Notes: generated from the letters alone by a model not told the origin. Positions 27,028 through 36,633 are shown, numbered from the stretch's first letter. The stretch: 64,000 bases of DNA from Candidatus Pacearchaeota archaeon (GCA_009694725.1 SICV01000002.1:26966-90965); one strand, 5' to 3'. Program-made: numbers and translations.

Positions 27028-27348
27028 TTATTTAAGTTTTTTAACGTGCCATAATTTCTTGGCAAGGGCCTTTTTGGCAGTGTAGTCATGTTTGTGTTGA
27101 GCAGAATGTTTTTTTACATTTTCGATACTTGCTTGATAGAGTTCTTTTTCTGTGGTGTAGGTAATTTTCCTTTCAGCAAGAATCTGGCTTACTTTTTTAC
27201 CAAGCATTTTTACTCGAGGAATGCCTTGTTGGTCCCGAAGAATAGCCCCTATTTTACTGGGAGTGTTTCCTTTTTGTGCAAGTTCAACTACTAATGCTTC
27301 AACTTCGGAAGGTTTCATTTTCATCCAATCTGTTTTTGTTTCAACCAT
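27028..27348 (-). CDS. rps15: ribosomal protein S15 (uS15)
   Basis: TPSKIGAILRDQQGIPRVK..GKKVSQIL..HKHDYTAKKAL. Confidence 0.85.
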   Translation of the reverse strand: MVETKTDWMKMKPSEVEALVVELAQKGNTPSKIGAILRDQQGIPRVKMLGKKVSQILAERKITYTTEKELYQASIENVKKHSAQHKHDYTAKKALAKKLWHVKKLK

Positions 27349-27494
27349 TCTTTCTGCTACTAAAGAGGCATTAAAAAGCTTTCTGTAGGTAAACGATAAG
27401 GTTTAAAAAGCGGTTTAGTAACGAACATTTGCGTCAATCCAACACCTTACTGGTCGGTTTGTTGGGGAGCATCTCTTATGACCTTATTCACACT

Positions 27495-27824
27495 ATGAAA
27501 TTTCCAAAGGAACTCAAACGATATTGTCCGTATTGTAAAAAGCACACTACTCAGTTGGTAACCACCGCAAAACAACGTTCTCGTTCAGCGACGCATCCTC
27601 TTTCCAGAGGGAGTCAACCTCGTGAATATTTACGTGGTGTACGTGGTGGATTTGGAAATCAAGGTAAACGTAGCAAGAAAGGGGCAAAAGATTGGAAGAG
27701 AAAGACTAAGACTACGAAACGCATTACTGTTCTTTATCGTTGTACTACTTGTAAAAAGGCAAAGGGGAGCATTACTGCCATTCGTTCTTCCCGTATTGAA
27801 GTTGGGGAGAAGGTAGCGAAGTAA
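27495..27824 (+). CDS. rpl44e: ribosomal protein L44e (eL42)
   Basis: MKFPKELKRYCPYCKKHTTQ...YRCTTCKK. Start trimmed to the internal ATG. Confidence 0.85.
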   Translation: MKFPKELKRYCPYCKKHTTQLVTTAKQRSRSATHPLSRGSQPREYLRGVRGGFGNQGKRSKKGAKDWKRKTKTTKRITVLYRCTTCKKAKGSITAIRSSRIEVGEKVAK

Positions 27825-27878
27825 TGATAATACACATATTTTCAAATACTCACAATAAGAGGTATTGTTTCGTATAAC

Positions 27879-28439
27879 ATGGCTGAACAACAAATGAAAA
27901 AACGGGATATGCGAGCATTCTTTGATGTGAAAGCACCGATGACCGGTACAAAGATTCAGTTATATGGTCAAAGTCCTGAAGCACTTGTGGGTAAAGTCAT
28001 TAAACTTGATTTAACGCGTAATCTTCGAGGGAAGGGTGCTGAATTACAGTTACGTACCCACCTTGTTGATGGGGCCCTTATTGCGAATCCTATTGCATTT
28101 ATGGTGTTTGGTTCGTATATTCGTCGTTCTATGCGTAATAATGTGAGTTATATTGAAGATTCGTTTGTAGTTAAAGCGAAAGATACTTCGGTTGTGATTA
28201 AGCCTTTCTTATTAACTCGTCGTAAAGTGTCTCGTGCATTAAAGAATGCTCTTCGTGTTGCTGCAAAAGACTATTTGACTTCTTTGTGTACGATTCGCAC
28301 GTCTCAAGAATTATTTACCGACCTTATTTCAAATAAGATTCAGAAAGAGATGAGTTTGAAATTAAAAAAATTGTACCCTCTTGCTTTGTGTGAAGTACGT
28401 ACGTTCAAATTGATTGAAGTGCTTGGGAAGAAAGCGTAA
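27879..28439 (+). CDS. rps3ae: ribosomal protein S3Ae (eS1)
   Basis: FDVKAPMTGTKIQLYGQSPEALVGKVIKLDLTRNLRGKG. 186 aa. Confidence 0.75.
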   Translation: MAEQQMKKRDMRAFFDVKAPMTGTKIQLYGQSPEALVGKVIKLDLTRNLRGKGAELQLRTHLVDGALIANPIAFMVFGSYIRRSMRNNVSYIEDSFVVKAKDTSVVIKPFLLTRRKVSRALKNALRVAAKDYLTSLCTIRTSQELFTDLISNKIQKEMSLKLKKLYPLALCEVRTFKLIEVLGKKA

Positions 28440-28451
28440 TTTTTTATTCCG

Positions 28452-28892
28452 ATGGCTTCCTATACTCTTTCCCTTGTTTCTCGACGTTCACCCGCTGGTT
28501 CTTTTATTGCAGATCCTGTTTTTTTAGCAGCTCAACAATTATTATTTACTGCTTTTCCTGATCATTCGAATGCTTTAGTTGCTGCACTTCATTCTCGTAA
28601 TCCTCAACTTTGGAATTATTCTAACGGTGCTTTGGTGGGAGCGGCAATTACGAGTCACCCTACTCCGCTTGAAGGGGAATTACATTTTTTTGCAGTTGCT
28701 CCTGAAGCTCAGAAACAAGGAGTAGGGCGTGCTTTTTATGAAGCGCTTGAAGCCCGGGCCTTTACGAATCAAGCGCGTGTTACAGCTGTGAGTTATGTAC
28801 CTGGCTTTTTTGAGCGTATTGGGTTTGTTAATAAGGGCCCCACACATACCCATGTTGGATGTCTCGATCATTATTTGATTAAGGTCAAGTAA
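28452..28892 (+). CDS. GNAT-family N-acetyltransferase
   Basis: Acetyl-CoA motif FFAVAPEAQKQGVGRAFYEALE. Confidence 0.7.
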   Translation: MASYTLSLVSRRSPAGSFIADPVFLAAQQLLFTAFPDHSNALVAALHSRNPQLWNYSNGALVGAAITSHPTPLEGELHFFAVAPEAQKQGVGRAFYEALEARAFTNQARVTAVSYVPGFFERIGFVNKGPTHTHVGCLDHYLIKVK

Positions 28893-29049
28893 CCTTTATC
28901 TTCTGAAGAAGTCCAGCTGTTTTTCTATTTGTTTAACTTCTTCTTGTAGATCATACCCTCTACTTCTTCTAAATAAGAGACTAAATGGCGCACCAGTGAT
29001 ACGTTCATAGTGCTGTTGTTCGCCTCCCTTTCTTCTCTCCTTAGAGAAT

Positions 29050-29064
29050 AAATAGCCCTGCCCG
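29050..29064. repeat. 15-bp duplicate of the tRNA-Gln 3' end (AAATAGCCCTGCCCG)
   Basis: Identical to 29121..29135, which is the last 12 nt of the tRNA plus 3 nt of trailer. The two copies are separated by a 56-nt hairpin-containing spacer. Confidence 0.7.
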
Positions 29065-29123
29065 TTGAAAAAACTTTGTAGTTTTTAGTACGGTCAGTGC
29101 TTCCCTATCTTCGATAGGAAAAA

Positions 29124-29196
29124 TAGCCCTGCCCGGATTCGAACCGGGGTCACCGGCGCCAAAGGCCAGTATACTTGACCACTATACGACAGGGCT
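29124..29196 (-). tRNA. tRNA-Gln (anticodon TTG)
   Basis: Hand-folded. Acceptor AGCCCTG/CAGGGCT, anticodon arm CTGGC-CTTTGGC-GCCGG, T arm CCCGG-TTCGAAT-CCGGG. Confidence 0.85.
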
Positions 29197-29251
29197 ATAC
29201 CGGCTAGTGGCTCGGGATGATTTATAAGGGTTTGGTTAGACTTTAGAGGAT

Positions 29252-29869
29252 ATGGCACCGAAGAAGGTCTTGGTCTTTGATTATGATGGTACGATTGTGG
29301 ACAGTTATCGAGCGTATGCTCGGCGTTTTGTTGCGATTGCAGGGAAGTATAGCCTTCAGGCTTCTGAACACTTTTTTCAATCGTTATATACCGGTAATTT
29401 TGCTGCTTCTTTACAAGATCATGCTTTAGACAAAAAGGATGTGATTGCATTAATTCATGATATTCGCGTACCGTTTAATGGGAAGCCTGAAGCGATTGAG
29501 CCATTTGAGGGGATGGTGCAGCTCATGAATACGCTTACGAAAAAGTATCGGGTGTATGTGGTGACGTCTAATCTTACTTCTGTTATCAAAGAATCTTTAG
29601 CGTATTGGAAGATATATGGGGTGAAGGAAGTGATTGGAGGGGAGATGGAATTGAGTAAAGTAAACAAACTGGTACGTATTCGTAAACGGTATCCTCGTGC
29701 TGAGTTGTTCTATATTGGGGATACAGCGGGAGATGTGCATGAAGCGAAAGAGGCAGGATATGTTGCCATTGCTGTTTCGTGGGGGTATCATACGAAGGCG
29801 CAGTTGGAAGGGGAACATCCTGATATTTTGTTGAGCAAGGTGAGCGAGTTACGGGCGTTGTTTGTTTAG
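29252..29869 (+). CDS. HAD-superfamily phosphatase (phosphoglycolate phosphatase-like)
   Basis: Motif I VFDYDGTIVDS, motif III K, motif IV YIGDTAGDVHEAKEAG. Confidence 0.8.
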   Translation: MAPKKVLVFDYDGTIVDSYRAYARRFVAIAGKYSLQASEHFFQSLYTGNFAASLQDHALDKKDVIALIHDIRVPFNGKPEAIEPFEGMVQLMNTLTKKYRVYVVTSNLTSVIKESLAYWKIYGVKEVIGGEMELSKVNKLVRIRKRYPRAELFYIGDTAGDVHEAKEAGYVAIAVSWGYHTKAQLEGEHPDILLSKVSELRALFV

Positions 29870-30525
29870 AATTGTTGTTTATATCGTCCGCGAAGTTCTA
29901 CTTTTGCTAGTTGTGTGATGATTTGTTTGTTAGTGGTTGCTTTTGTATAACTGGCGAGGAAGGTTGTCCAGAGTGTTTCAGCATGCCGGTAGTGCTTTGC
30001 TTCTAAGGCTTCTTTGAAGACATGGAGGTCAGTTGCTTTGTCTTCTATTTTATTGGATTCGTACCCGAGACCGAAGTCGATGAGTGTTAGTCTGGTATCT
30101 GATATACGTTTTGGGGAGGGGTTCAACTTCGATGGTTTCCTTGCCTTCGATACTATGGTGATGAGGATGTTGGAGGTAGTGAGGTCGCCGTGGATGAGGT
30201 TGGCGTTGTGCAGTTTTGCTATTATTTTTCCGAGTTCTTTTATTAGGGCTTGCTTGTTTGAGGCTGTGTCGAGTGTGTCGGCGAGCTTTTTTCCTTTGAT
30301 TTCTTCTAAGAGGAGGGTTGTTTCGGTTTGTTGGAGGAGTTGCGGGACTGGGATTCCTGCCTGGAGGGCTTTGGTGAGGAGACGTGCTTCGGCTCGTGTT
30401 CGCATTCTTCTTATTTTGAGGTCTAATTGTGGATGGCGATAGGTTTTTTCGATGCGGTCTTTGAGAATGCCTTCCTTTGTTTGGTAGAGTTTTGCTTCTG
30501 CGGCGTGGAAGAGGATTTTTTTCAT
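29866..30525 (-). CDS. bud32: Kae1-associated kinase Bud32 (KEOPS subunit)
   Basis: AKLHNANLIHGDLTTSNILI and LIDFGLGY. Confidence 0.8.
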   Translation of the reverse strand: MKKILFHAAEAKLYQTKEGILKDRIEKTYRHPQLDLKIRRMRTRAEARLLTKALQAGIPVPQLLQQTETTLLLEEIKGKKLADTLDTASNKQALIKELGKIIAKLHNANLIHGDLTTSNILITIVSKARKPSKLNPSPKRISDTRLTLIDFGLGYESNKIEDKATDLHVFKEALEAKHYRHAETLWTTFLASYTKATTNKQIITQLAKVELRGRYKQQF

Positions 30526-30869
30526 TTCTTTCTATATCCAAATAGTTTATCGTAGGTTGGATGATCACTTATTGTTAAGATGAAAATGAATATTTCAACC
30601 CTATTTCCTTCAATTGTATATAACATTCTCCAAAAATTAGATAATTCCACCCTATATATCTTTTTTATACCCTGTTCTTTAAACTTTTCAGGTATAAGCT
30701 CTTTTTTGATAGAGTCACCATATTGTGGGTTTGTCTTTAATAATTCAATTTTCTGATGTATAGAACGTAGCAGTGTTTGAGCTTCTTTATCGGTTCGTTG
30801 TTTAAGCATTATATAGCTTTCTTTTGCCTCTCCCTTCAATATTATACGTACCTCTTTTCCTAGAAACAT
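30522..30869 (-). CDS. RelE/ParE-superfamily-like toxin (putative)
   Basis: LKTNPQYGDSIKKELIPEKF..IYRVELSNFWRMLYTIEGNRVEIFIFILTISDHPTYDKLFGY. AT-rich. 1-nt overlap with the upstream ORF. Confidence 0.5.
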   Translation of the reverse strand: MFLGKEVRIILKGEAKESYIMLKQRTDKEAQTLLRSIHQKIELLKTNPQYGDSIKKELIPEKFKEQGIKKIYRVELSNFWRMLYTIEGNRVEIFIFILTISDHPTYDKLFGYRKK

Positions 30870-31183
30870 TATACCTCCAGACCATTTTGCAGCATTTTTT
30901 GCAAATGTTCTGGTTCAGCGTAAATCCATTGTATTCCTTTTGGACCGTATATAATTTTTCCTGATCTCCAGAGATATTCTAAAATAAGGGCAAGTGTTTG
31001 GTGCATTATTTGTTTTGGGAGTTTTCTTTTTACTTCTGCTATTTTAAGAGGTATATCTTGATTTTTTTGCAAAGTAGTTTCTACCATCAGAATTGTTTGG
31101 AGCGTGGGATATCTCTTTATTTTCCCTTTGTCCATGATTTGGAATTCTGTTTCTGTTTCTTTATTTTTTACTATCTTTTGCAT
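30869..31183 (-). CDS. winged-helix-like small protein, putative cognate antitoxin
   Basis: 104 aa, upstream of and overlapping the toxin-like ORF. AT-rich. Confidence 0.4.
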   Translation of the reverse strand: MQKIVKNKETETEFQIMDKGKIKRYPTLQTILMVETTLQKNQDIPLKIAEVKRKLPKQIMHQTLALILEYLWRSGKIIYGPKGIQWIYAEPEHLQKMLQNGLEV

Positions 31184-31258
31184 ATCAACTGATACTTTTT
31201 ATGTATATAAATGCTTGTATTTAGGAGGATTTATATTGCTTTCTTTTTTACAGGAGTT

Positions 31259-31624
31259 ATGGAATGGAATGCCTTGTGGAAGATAACGCGGATTCCTATT
31301 TTGATAGCGAGTTTATGTTGTGTAACGCCTTTGGTGTTGGTCTTAGTAGGGATTTCTACTGTGAGTTTTGCTGGTTCGCTGGCGGATACGTTATATGGCG
31401 ATTATAAGTGGGTCTTTCGATTGATGGGATTGCTTGCTCTTATTGCAAGTTTAGTTGTGTATTTCAGAAATAAAGGTATTTGCACGTTAGATCAAGTTCG
31501 TCGAAAACGGAATCAGGTAGTAAATATGATTCTCGTTGCTTTGATTGTTGCGGTTATGGGGTATGTTGTGTGGCTGTATGTGGTTGTGGAACTTATTGGG
31601 AAATTGGTCGGTATTTGGGGTTAG
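31259..31624 (+). CDS. membrane protein with MerT-like CC motif
   Basis: IASLCCVTPLVLVLVG sits in the first TM, and a further Cys occurs in GICTLD. TATA GATTTATATTG lies 25 nt upstream. Confidence 0.4.
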   Translation: MEWNALWKITRIPILIASLCCVTPLVLVLVGISTVSFAGSLADTLYGDYKWVFRLMGLLALIASLVVYFRNKGICTLDQVRRKRNQVVNMILVALIVAVMGYVVWLYVVVELIGKLVGIWG

Positions 31625-32976
31625 ACCTTCATCTTTTTGCCGAACTTCTTGGCAAGTTTCATCATGGCTTTTTGATCAAGGGGTTTGCCTTCAAGCGATG
31701 ATTGGGATTTGAGCATGTCTTTGAGCATGTCGTATTGTTTCAGAAGGGCTTTAATTTCTGCATTTGATGTGCCTGATCCTTTTGCAATTCTTCCAATCCG
31801 TCCTGGTTCTGTATCAATGAGCTCTGGATGTTCAATTTCATTTTTTGTCATGGAGTTAATAGCATGCTTCCAGCGTTTGACTTTTGCTTGTTGTTCTTCT
31901 AATGCTGCTTGCGGGATTTTTGCTTTGCCTAAGCCTGGAATCATGCCTATCAGTTTGTCCATGCCCCCCATTGATTCCATACTCTCTAATTGCGTTTGGA
32001 GATCACGGAGGGTGAATTTTCCTTCTTCTAGGCGTTTTTGTTGCGCTTCGATGGTATCTTTATCTATAACGGAATGAATTTTTTCTATGAGTGATGTAAG
32101 ATCACCCATACCTAGTAATCTACTGAGAAATGCATCGGGGTCAAATGTTTCAAGATCTGCGGGTTTTTCTCCGGTACCAATAAAGAGAATTGGTGCTTTG
32201 ACTTCTGCACAAGCGGTGAGTGCTCCGCCTGCTTTTGCGGCGGAGTCCATCTTTGTGATGATGACTCCAGTGATCTGGGCAGTTTCTGTGAATGCCTGGG
32301 CTTGTTTCTTGGCTGTTTGTCCGATATCTGCAGCCATAACCAGGAATGCTTCGGTTGGTTTGGTGAGTTTGACGACTGTTTTAAGTTCGGTGATGAGGTC
32401 TTCAGATAATGCATCACGTCCTGCAGTGTCGATGAGCACGAGATCAAATGATTTGAGATCGTTTTGAAAGTGTTTGTATATTTTTGAGGGGTTTTTTTCT
32501 TCTGGAAGGATGAAACAAGGAACTTTGAGTTTGTCGGAGAGTTGTTTGAGTTGCAAGGCAGCGGCGGGGCGATGGACGTCTAATGAAAGCGTACAGACTT
32601 TTTTGCCGCGTTTGGTGTAATAGCTGGCGAGTTTGCCGATGGTCGTTGTTTTTCCTTGCCCATACAGACCAAGGACGATCCAGACGTTTTTTTCTTGAAG
32701 TTCTAAGGTGCGTTTTTCTCCTAAGAGCGCACGCAGTTCATCATGGAGGAGCTTGATGAGATGTTCTTTCTTTTCGATACCGGAGATGCGTTCGTCCAAG
32801 GCGGTCTGTTTTATTTTCTTTGTGATTTCGAGGACGAGTTTGACGTTGACGTCTGCCTCTAAGAGTGCACGTTGAAGGTCCTTGACCATTTGATCTACGA
32901 GGTTCTTATCAAGAAAGAGGGCGTTTGCTATCTTGTCTGTTGTTTTCTTGAGTGTTTCAGAGAGCTTTTCAAGCAT
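31621..32976 (-). CDS. srp54: signal recognition particle protein SRP54
   Basis: GLYGQGKTTTIGKLA, DTAGRD, Met-rich M domain. Confidence 0.95.
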   Translation of the reverse strand: MLEKLSETLKKTTDKIANALFLDKNLVDQMVKDLQRALLEADVNVKLVLEITKKIKQTALDERISGIEKKEHLIKLLHDELRALLGEKRTLELQEKNVWIVLGLYGQGKTTTIGKLASYYTKRGKKVCTLSLDVHRPAAALQLKQLSDKLKVPCFILPEEKNPSKIYKHFQNDLKSFDLVLIDTAGRDALSEDLITELKTVVKLTKPTEAFLVMAADIGQTAKKQAQAFTETAQITGVIITKMDSAAKAGGALTACAEVKAPILFIGTGEKPADLETFDPDAFLSRLLGMGDLTSLIEKIHSVIDKDTIEAQQKRLEEGKFTLRDLQTQLESMESMGGMDKLIGMIPGLGKAKIPQAALEEQQAKVKRWKHAINSMTKNEIEHPELIDTEPGRIGRIAKGSGTSNAEIKALLKQYDMLKDMLKSQSSLEGKPLDQKAMMKLAKKFGKKMKV

Positions 32977-33193
32977 AGGATTTGGAGTTTGGGGAAGGTA
33001 TTAAACATTATGGGTTAAGGATATTATCCTATCCCAATTATTCCTCGATACCATCCACACCAACGTACGGGCCCGTCTGGGCCCATTGTGGATGAACATT
33101 GATAGAAGGGAACTATTCCCTTTATCCATAATAGGCCATATATTAAGATAATAACTACGGTAATTATTACACTTTTTTTAATTATTCTTTGGT

Positions 33194-33559
33194 TCATTTG
33201 ACAAACTCCACATTTTCTAGTTCTTCAAACTCTTTGTCTCCAGTGAGGAAGGGGATGCTGAGCTTCTTTGCCATTATGTATCCTACGCAATCAGTAATCG
33301 ATACTCCTCTGTCTTTCCATTTGAGACGAAATTGCATCGCCTCTTCTATCCATTCAGGTTTGACTGATGAAATATGTTTTGCATATTTTTTGATTTGTTC
33401 TTTTGCTTGCTTATATTTATCTCGATACAGTACGTAACATATTTCTGAGAAAATGAAGTTATTAATAATTATTTCACTTTCTTGATATGATTCATATGCA
33501 GGATTGCCCTCGATTAATTCCATTATCGCATATGTGTCAAAAAGATACTTAGATGTCAT
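33194..33559 (-). CDS. vapC: PIN-domain toxin VapC
   Basis: YLFDTYAIMELIEGN...FLTGDKEF. 121 aa. Confidence 0.8.
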   Translation of the reverse strand: MTSKYLFDTYAIMELIEGNPAYESYQESEIIINNFIFSEICYVLYRDKYKQAKEQIKKYAKHISSVKPEWIEEAMQFRLKWKDRGVSITDCVGYIMAKKLSIPFLTGDKEFEELENVEFVK

Positions 33560-33770
33560 ATAGTTCTTTGTCCACTTCTTTCATGAGCTTTGCTATCGGT
33601 TTTGAAAACTTATGTGTACCAAATGTTTCTCTGAGGACATTGCTCTTTTTGATAATGATCGCTTCTATTTCTTCTCCTTCTTTGAGGTTCTTGCTTTCCA
33701 TAATTGCTTGCGGGATGATGAGGCCGTAGGAGTTACCCCACTTGCGTACTTTCGTTATTAGTTCTGGCAT
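33549..33770 (-). CDS. vapB: AbrB/SpoVT-type antitoxin VapB
   Basis: VRKWGNSYGLIIPQAIMESKNLKEGEEIE. Overlaps vapC. Confidence 0.8.
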   Translation of the reverse strand: MPELITKVRKWGNSYGLIIPQAIMESKNLKEGEEIEAIIIKKSNVLRETFGTHKFSKPIAKLMKEVDKELYDI

Positions 33771-33808
33771 GTTTAAACGGTATATACGGCGGTATAAATA
33801 GATTTCGG

Positions 33809-34597
33809 TTAGACCTCTCGTTGTTCAGTAAGCCAGCGTGCTCCATCTTCAGGTGCATGTTTGAGGATCGTTGCTTTCCAGAAATCGTACTGAGGGAGAC
33901 CAGTTGGTTGGGTGAGTGATTGAGAGGTGTGAGGTTTTTGCGTCTTGAGTAATGACTCGACGTCTGGTTTCGAGAAAGGGGGAAGAAACGGATGCTTTTT
34001 TGCGAAGAAGGGGGAGATGAGCGTATACTTTTCTACTAGTTCTGCAACATTCGTGCCTGCGTAGGGTGGGCGTTTTCGTTCGGCACGCCAATTATGATGA
34101 AACTGGTTGTTTCCTGCGTACAATTCGTGCAATGATTCACATAGTGCACTACATTTGTCAAGGTAGCTCAGCACTTGTGTTTCGATGGTTGCTTTCTTTT
34201 TTGCTTCTTCAAGAAGAGATTGATAATTATATCCTTGCACTGTTTGTGGCCAGCGTGCAAGAAGCGTTTTGATTGCTTCGCTTTCTTCTTGTTCAAGTTG
34301 TACTAATTCTTGTGGAGACATATTGAGTTTTACATTGAGTTCTACATCTCCGTTTTTGCTCACTATTTCCGGATCATCATGTACTAATGCAATGATTCCT
34401 GCTCGTTCAAAATTGAATCCTGGAAGGGTCTGGCGTATATGGGGGGCAACGGCTTCAAGGAGGTAGCGTAGTTCGAGGGTGTGCATTTCTAAATCGTGTC
34501 GGTACCAGGCAGGTGAGAATGATTTCCAGCGCTTGATGGAACGTAATCCTGCAATTCTTCCTTGAAAGCCCTGTGCTTCGATTGCTTCATGGTACAT
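33809..34597 (-). CDS. HD-domain phosphohydrolase (putative)
   Basis: MHTLELRY...IIALVHDDPEIVSKNGDV. Confidence 0.5.
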   Translation of the reverse strand: MYHEAIEAQGFQGRIAGLRSIKRWKSFSPAWYRHDLEMHTLELRYLLEAVAPHIRQTLPGFNFERAGIIALVHDDPEIVSKNGDVELNVKLNMSPQELVQLEQEESEAIKTLLARWPQTVQGYNYQSLLEEAKKKATIETQVLSYLDKCSALCESLHELYAGNNQFHHNWRAERKRPPYAGTNVAELVEKYTLISPFFAKKHPFLPPFSKPDVESLLKTQKPHTSQSLTQPTGLPQYDFWKATILKHAPEDGARWLTEQREV

Positions 34598-34636
34598 GGT
34601 GAAAGAGTTGTGAGGGGCTTTTTATTGATTTGGGGA

Positions 34637-35722
34637 TTATAGGCCTAAGTTCTTTATCACTGTCTTTTTCGTGAAGGGGAGGAGGTCTTCGTATTTTTGG
34701 CCGGTGCCGAGGAAGTAAATGGGCTTGTTGGTGATGTGGGCAATGGAAAGAATAGTGCCTGCTTTTTCATCAATGTCTGCTTTCGTGAGGATGGAACCGT
34801 CGATTCCTGCGGTTTCGTTGAAAGTACGTGCTTGCTCAAGAGCGTCGTTCCCGGTGATTGATTCTCCGACGAAGAGTTTGAGGTTGGGCTTACTAATACG
34901 GATTATTTTTTCCATTTCTTTCATGAGATTTGTTTTGGTGTACATTCTTCCTGCCGTATCTATCAGTACCACTTGAATCTTGTGGGCTTTTGCGTATTCT
35001 ATGGCATTGAATGCGATGCTTGCAGGATCTGCTTCGTATGTGCCCTTGATGCAGGGGACGTTGAGGGCTTTGGCGTGATGGTCCAGTTGTTCAATTGAGG
35101 CTGCACGGAAGGTATCGCCGGCTGCGAGTACGACTGAGATATTGTTTTGTGTGAGATAGTGTGCCACCTTTGCGATACTGGTTGTTTTACCCGTGCCGTT
35201 AATACCAAAAAAAAGAATCACATAGGGTTGGGCAGTGGTCACTTGTTTGAGGAATGCGGGAGGTTCTTGTAAGATGGAGAGGATTGCGCCCTGGAGAGAC
35301 GCAAGGATTTTTTGTTGTGCTTCGTTTTTTTTACAATTGAGTCCTACCAGATCTTTTTGGAGCGATGATTTGATTGCGTCTATTGCTTCAACCGCTGTAT
35401 TGTTTTCGAGGAGGGTGATTTCAAGGTCTTCAAATGCTTCATTGAAATCTGCTTCTGAGAGTTGGGAGGTAGTGAGCTTTCTGACCAATTTTGAGAAGAA
35501 TGATTCTTTTGGTTGTTCTGCATATGTTTCTTCTTTTGTTTCGGGAGTGAGAAGGGTTTCTATTTCTTGTTCGGTTTGTTGTTCTGCTTTTGTTTGAGTC
35601 TTCTTAGAGGGTTTTGTTTTTTGCTCTTTTTTCTTGGTATTCTTGCTTTCTTTCTTCTTCGTGGGCTTTGTTTCTTTGGTTCCTACCCAGGATTTGATTG
35701 TTTTTTTGAGGAAATCGAACAT
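34637..35722 (-). CDS. ftsY: SRP receptor FtsY
   Basis: Lys/Glu-rich N-terminus, GINGTGKTTSIAKVA, DTAGRM, TKADID. Confidence 0.9.
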   Translation of the reverse strand: MFDFLKKTIKSWVGTKETKPTKKKESKNTKKKEQKTKPSKKTQTKAEQQTEQEIETLLTPETKEETYAEQPKESFFSKLVRKLTTSQLSEADFNEAFEDLEITLLENNTAVEAIDAIKSSLQKDLVGLNCKKNEAQQKILASLQGAILSILQEPPAFLKQVTTAQPYVILFFGINGTGKTTSIAKVAHYLTQNNISVVLAAGDTFRAASIEQLDHHAKALNVPCIKGTYEADPASIAFNAIEYAKAHKIQVVLIDTAGRMYTKTNLMKEMEKIIRISKPNLKLFVGESITGNDALEQARTFNETAGIDGSILTKADIDEKAGTILSIAHITNKPIYFLGTGQKYEDLLPFTKKTVIKNLGL

Positions 35723-35814
35723 GTTTCTTTGAGAGTAGCGACGGTATTTAATCGTACTGGTTTCTTCATTCCAGTATACTCATTTTTATATAGCTCGGAG
35801 GGGGTTCTTTACGT

Positions 35815-36369
35815 ATGCTGAGCTATACTGACTTGTATGAAGTGGTACGAAAAGAGAAATATGGGGATGTGTTACAAAATTTACCTAAAGAGTTCTTAGG
35901 AGATATCACTGCCTTTTTACAGGAGAAGCGAGGACAGGCTCCGAAGGATGATGGGTTGTTTCAAGAAGAAGTAGTGAAGCAACGGAAGCAATTAGATAAT
36001 TCATTGGCTTTATTTAAAGAATTGATGCGTTTGCGTCGTAAGAAACTATTACAATTAGTGCATATTGCGACTGAAACGGGCATTATGAAACGCGATTATG
36101 AGAATATGCTTTCGTTTGAGCGCACTATGTTTGACGCGTTTGTACAGGCTGCTGAACGAGCAGAGAAAGAGATGCAGAAAGTATTGCATAGTCCTGCGCT
36201 TGCTGTACCCACTCAAAAACTTATTTTATTTACGCAGCCCGTTGAACCATTTGTCAGTATGAGTGGGGAGATGTTGGGCCCCTATGTCACGGGAGAATTA
36301 GCGAATTTAGATGGGCAGATTACAGATGTATTGGTACAGGGTGGAAAAGCTACGTATGTTGATCAGTAA
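35815..36369 (+). CDS. GINS subunit (Gins51-like), putative
   Basis: N-terminus SYTDLYEVVRKEKYGDVLQNLPKEFLGDITAFLQE is typical of archaeal GINS. 184 aa. Confidence 0.45.
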   Translation: MLSYTDLYEVVRKEKYGDVLQNLPKEFLGDITAFLQEKRGQAPKDDGLFQEEVVKQRKQLDNSLALFKELMRLRRKKLLQLVHIATETGIMKRDYENMLSFERTMFDAFVQAAERAEKEMQKVLHSPALAVPTQKLILFTQPVEPFVSMSGEMLGPYVTGELANLDGQITDVLVQGGKATYVDQ

Positions 36370-36372
36370 TTG

Positions 36373-36579
36373 TTATACTGGAAAGATACTTCTTATTTCT
36401 CGTGTTATGTTTTTTCCAAGATAAGTCTGTGAACTTCCTGAATCGTATATTGCTGGAGCAGTGAGCATCCAGTTTGTTGCTTCTTCGTCGTCAGTGCATT
36501 CTTTTGTCTCAAATAGTTCTCTTCCCGTTCCTGTGAGTGTTTTACCATCTGGGTATTGACATTCAGTACGTACGAGCAT
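36373..36579 (-). CDS. small hypothetical protein
   Basis: 68 aa. TATA-like TTCTTTTAAAC upstream. Confidence 0.35.
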   Translation of the reverse strand: MLVRTECQYPDGKTLTGTGRELFETKECTDDEEATNWMLTAPAIYDSGSSQTYLGKNITREIRSIFPV

Positions 36580-36633
36580 ATATTTAATACTTTTTGGTTT
36601 ATTAGTTCGTTTAAAAGAATTATTGTGGTTTCT

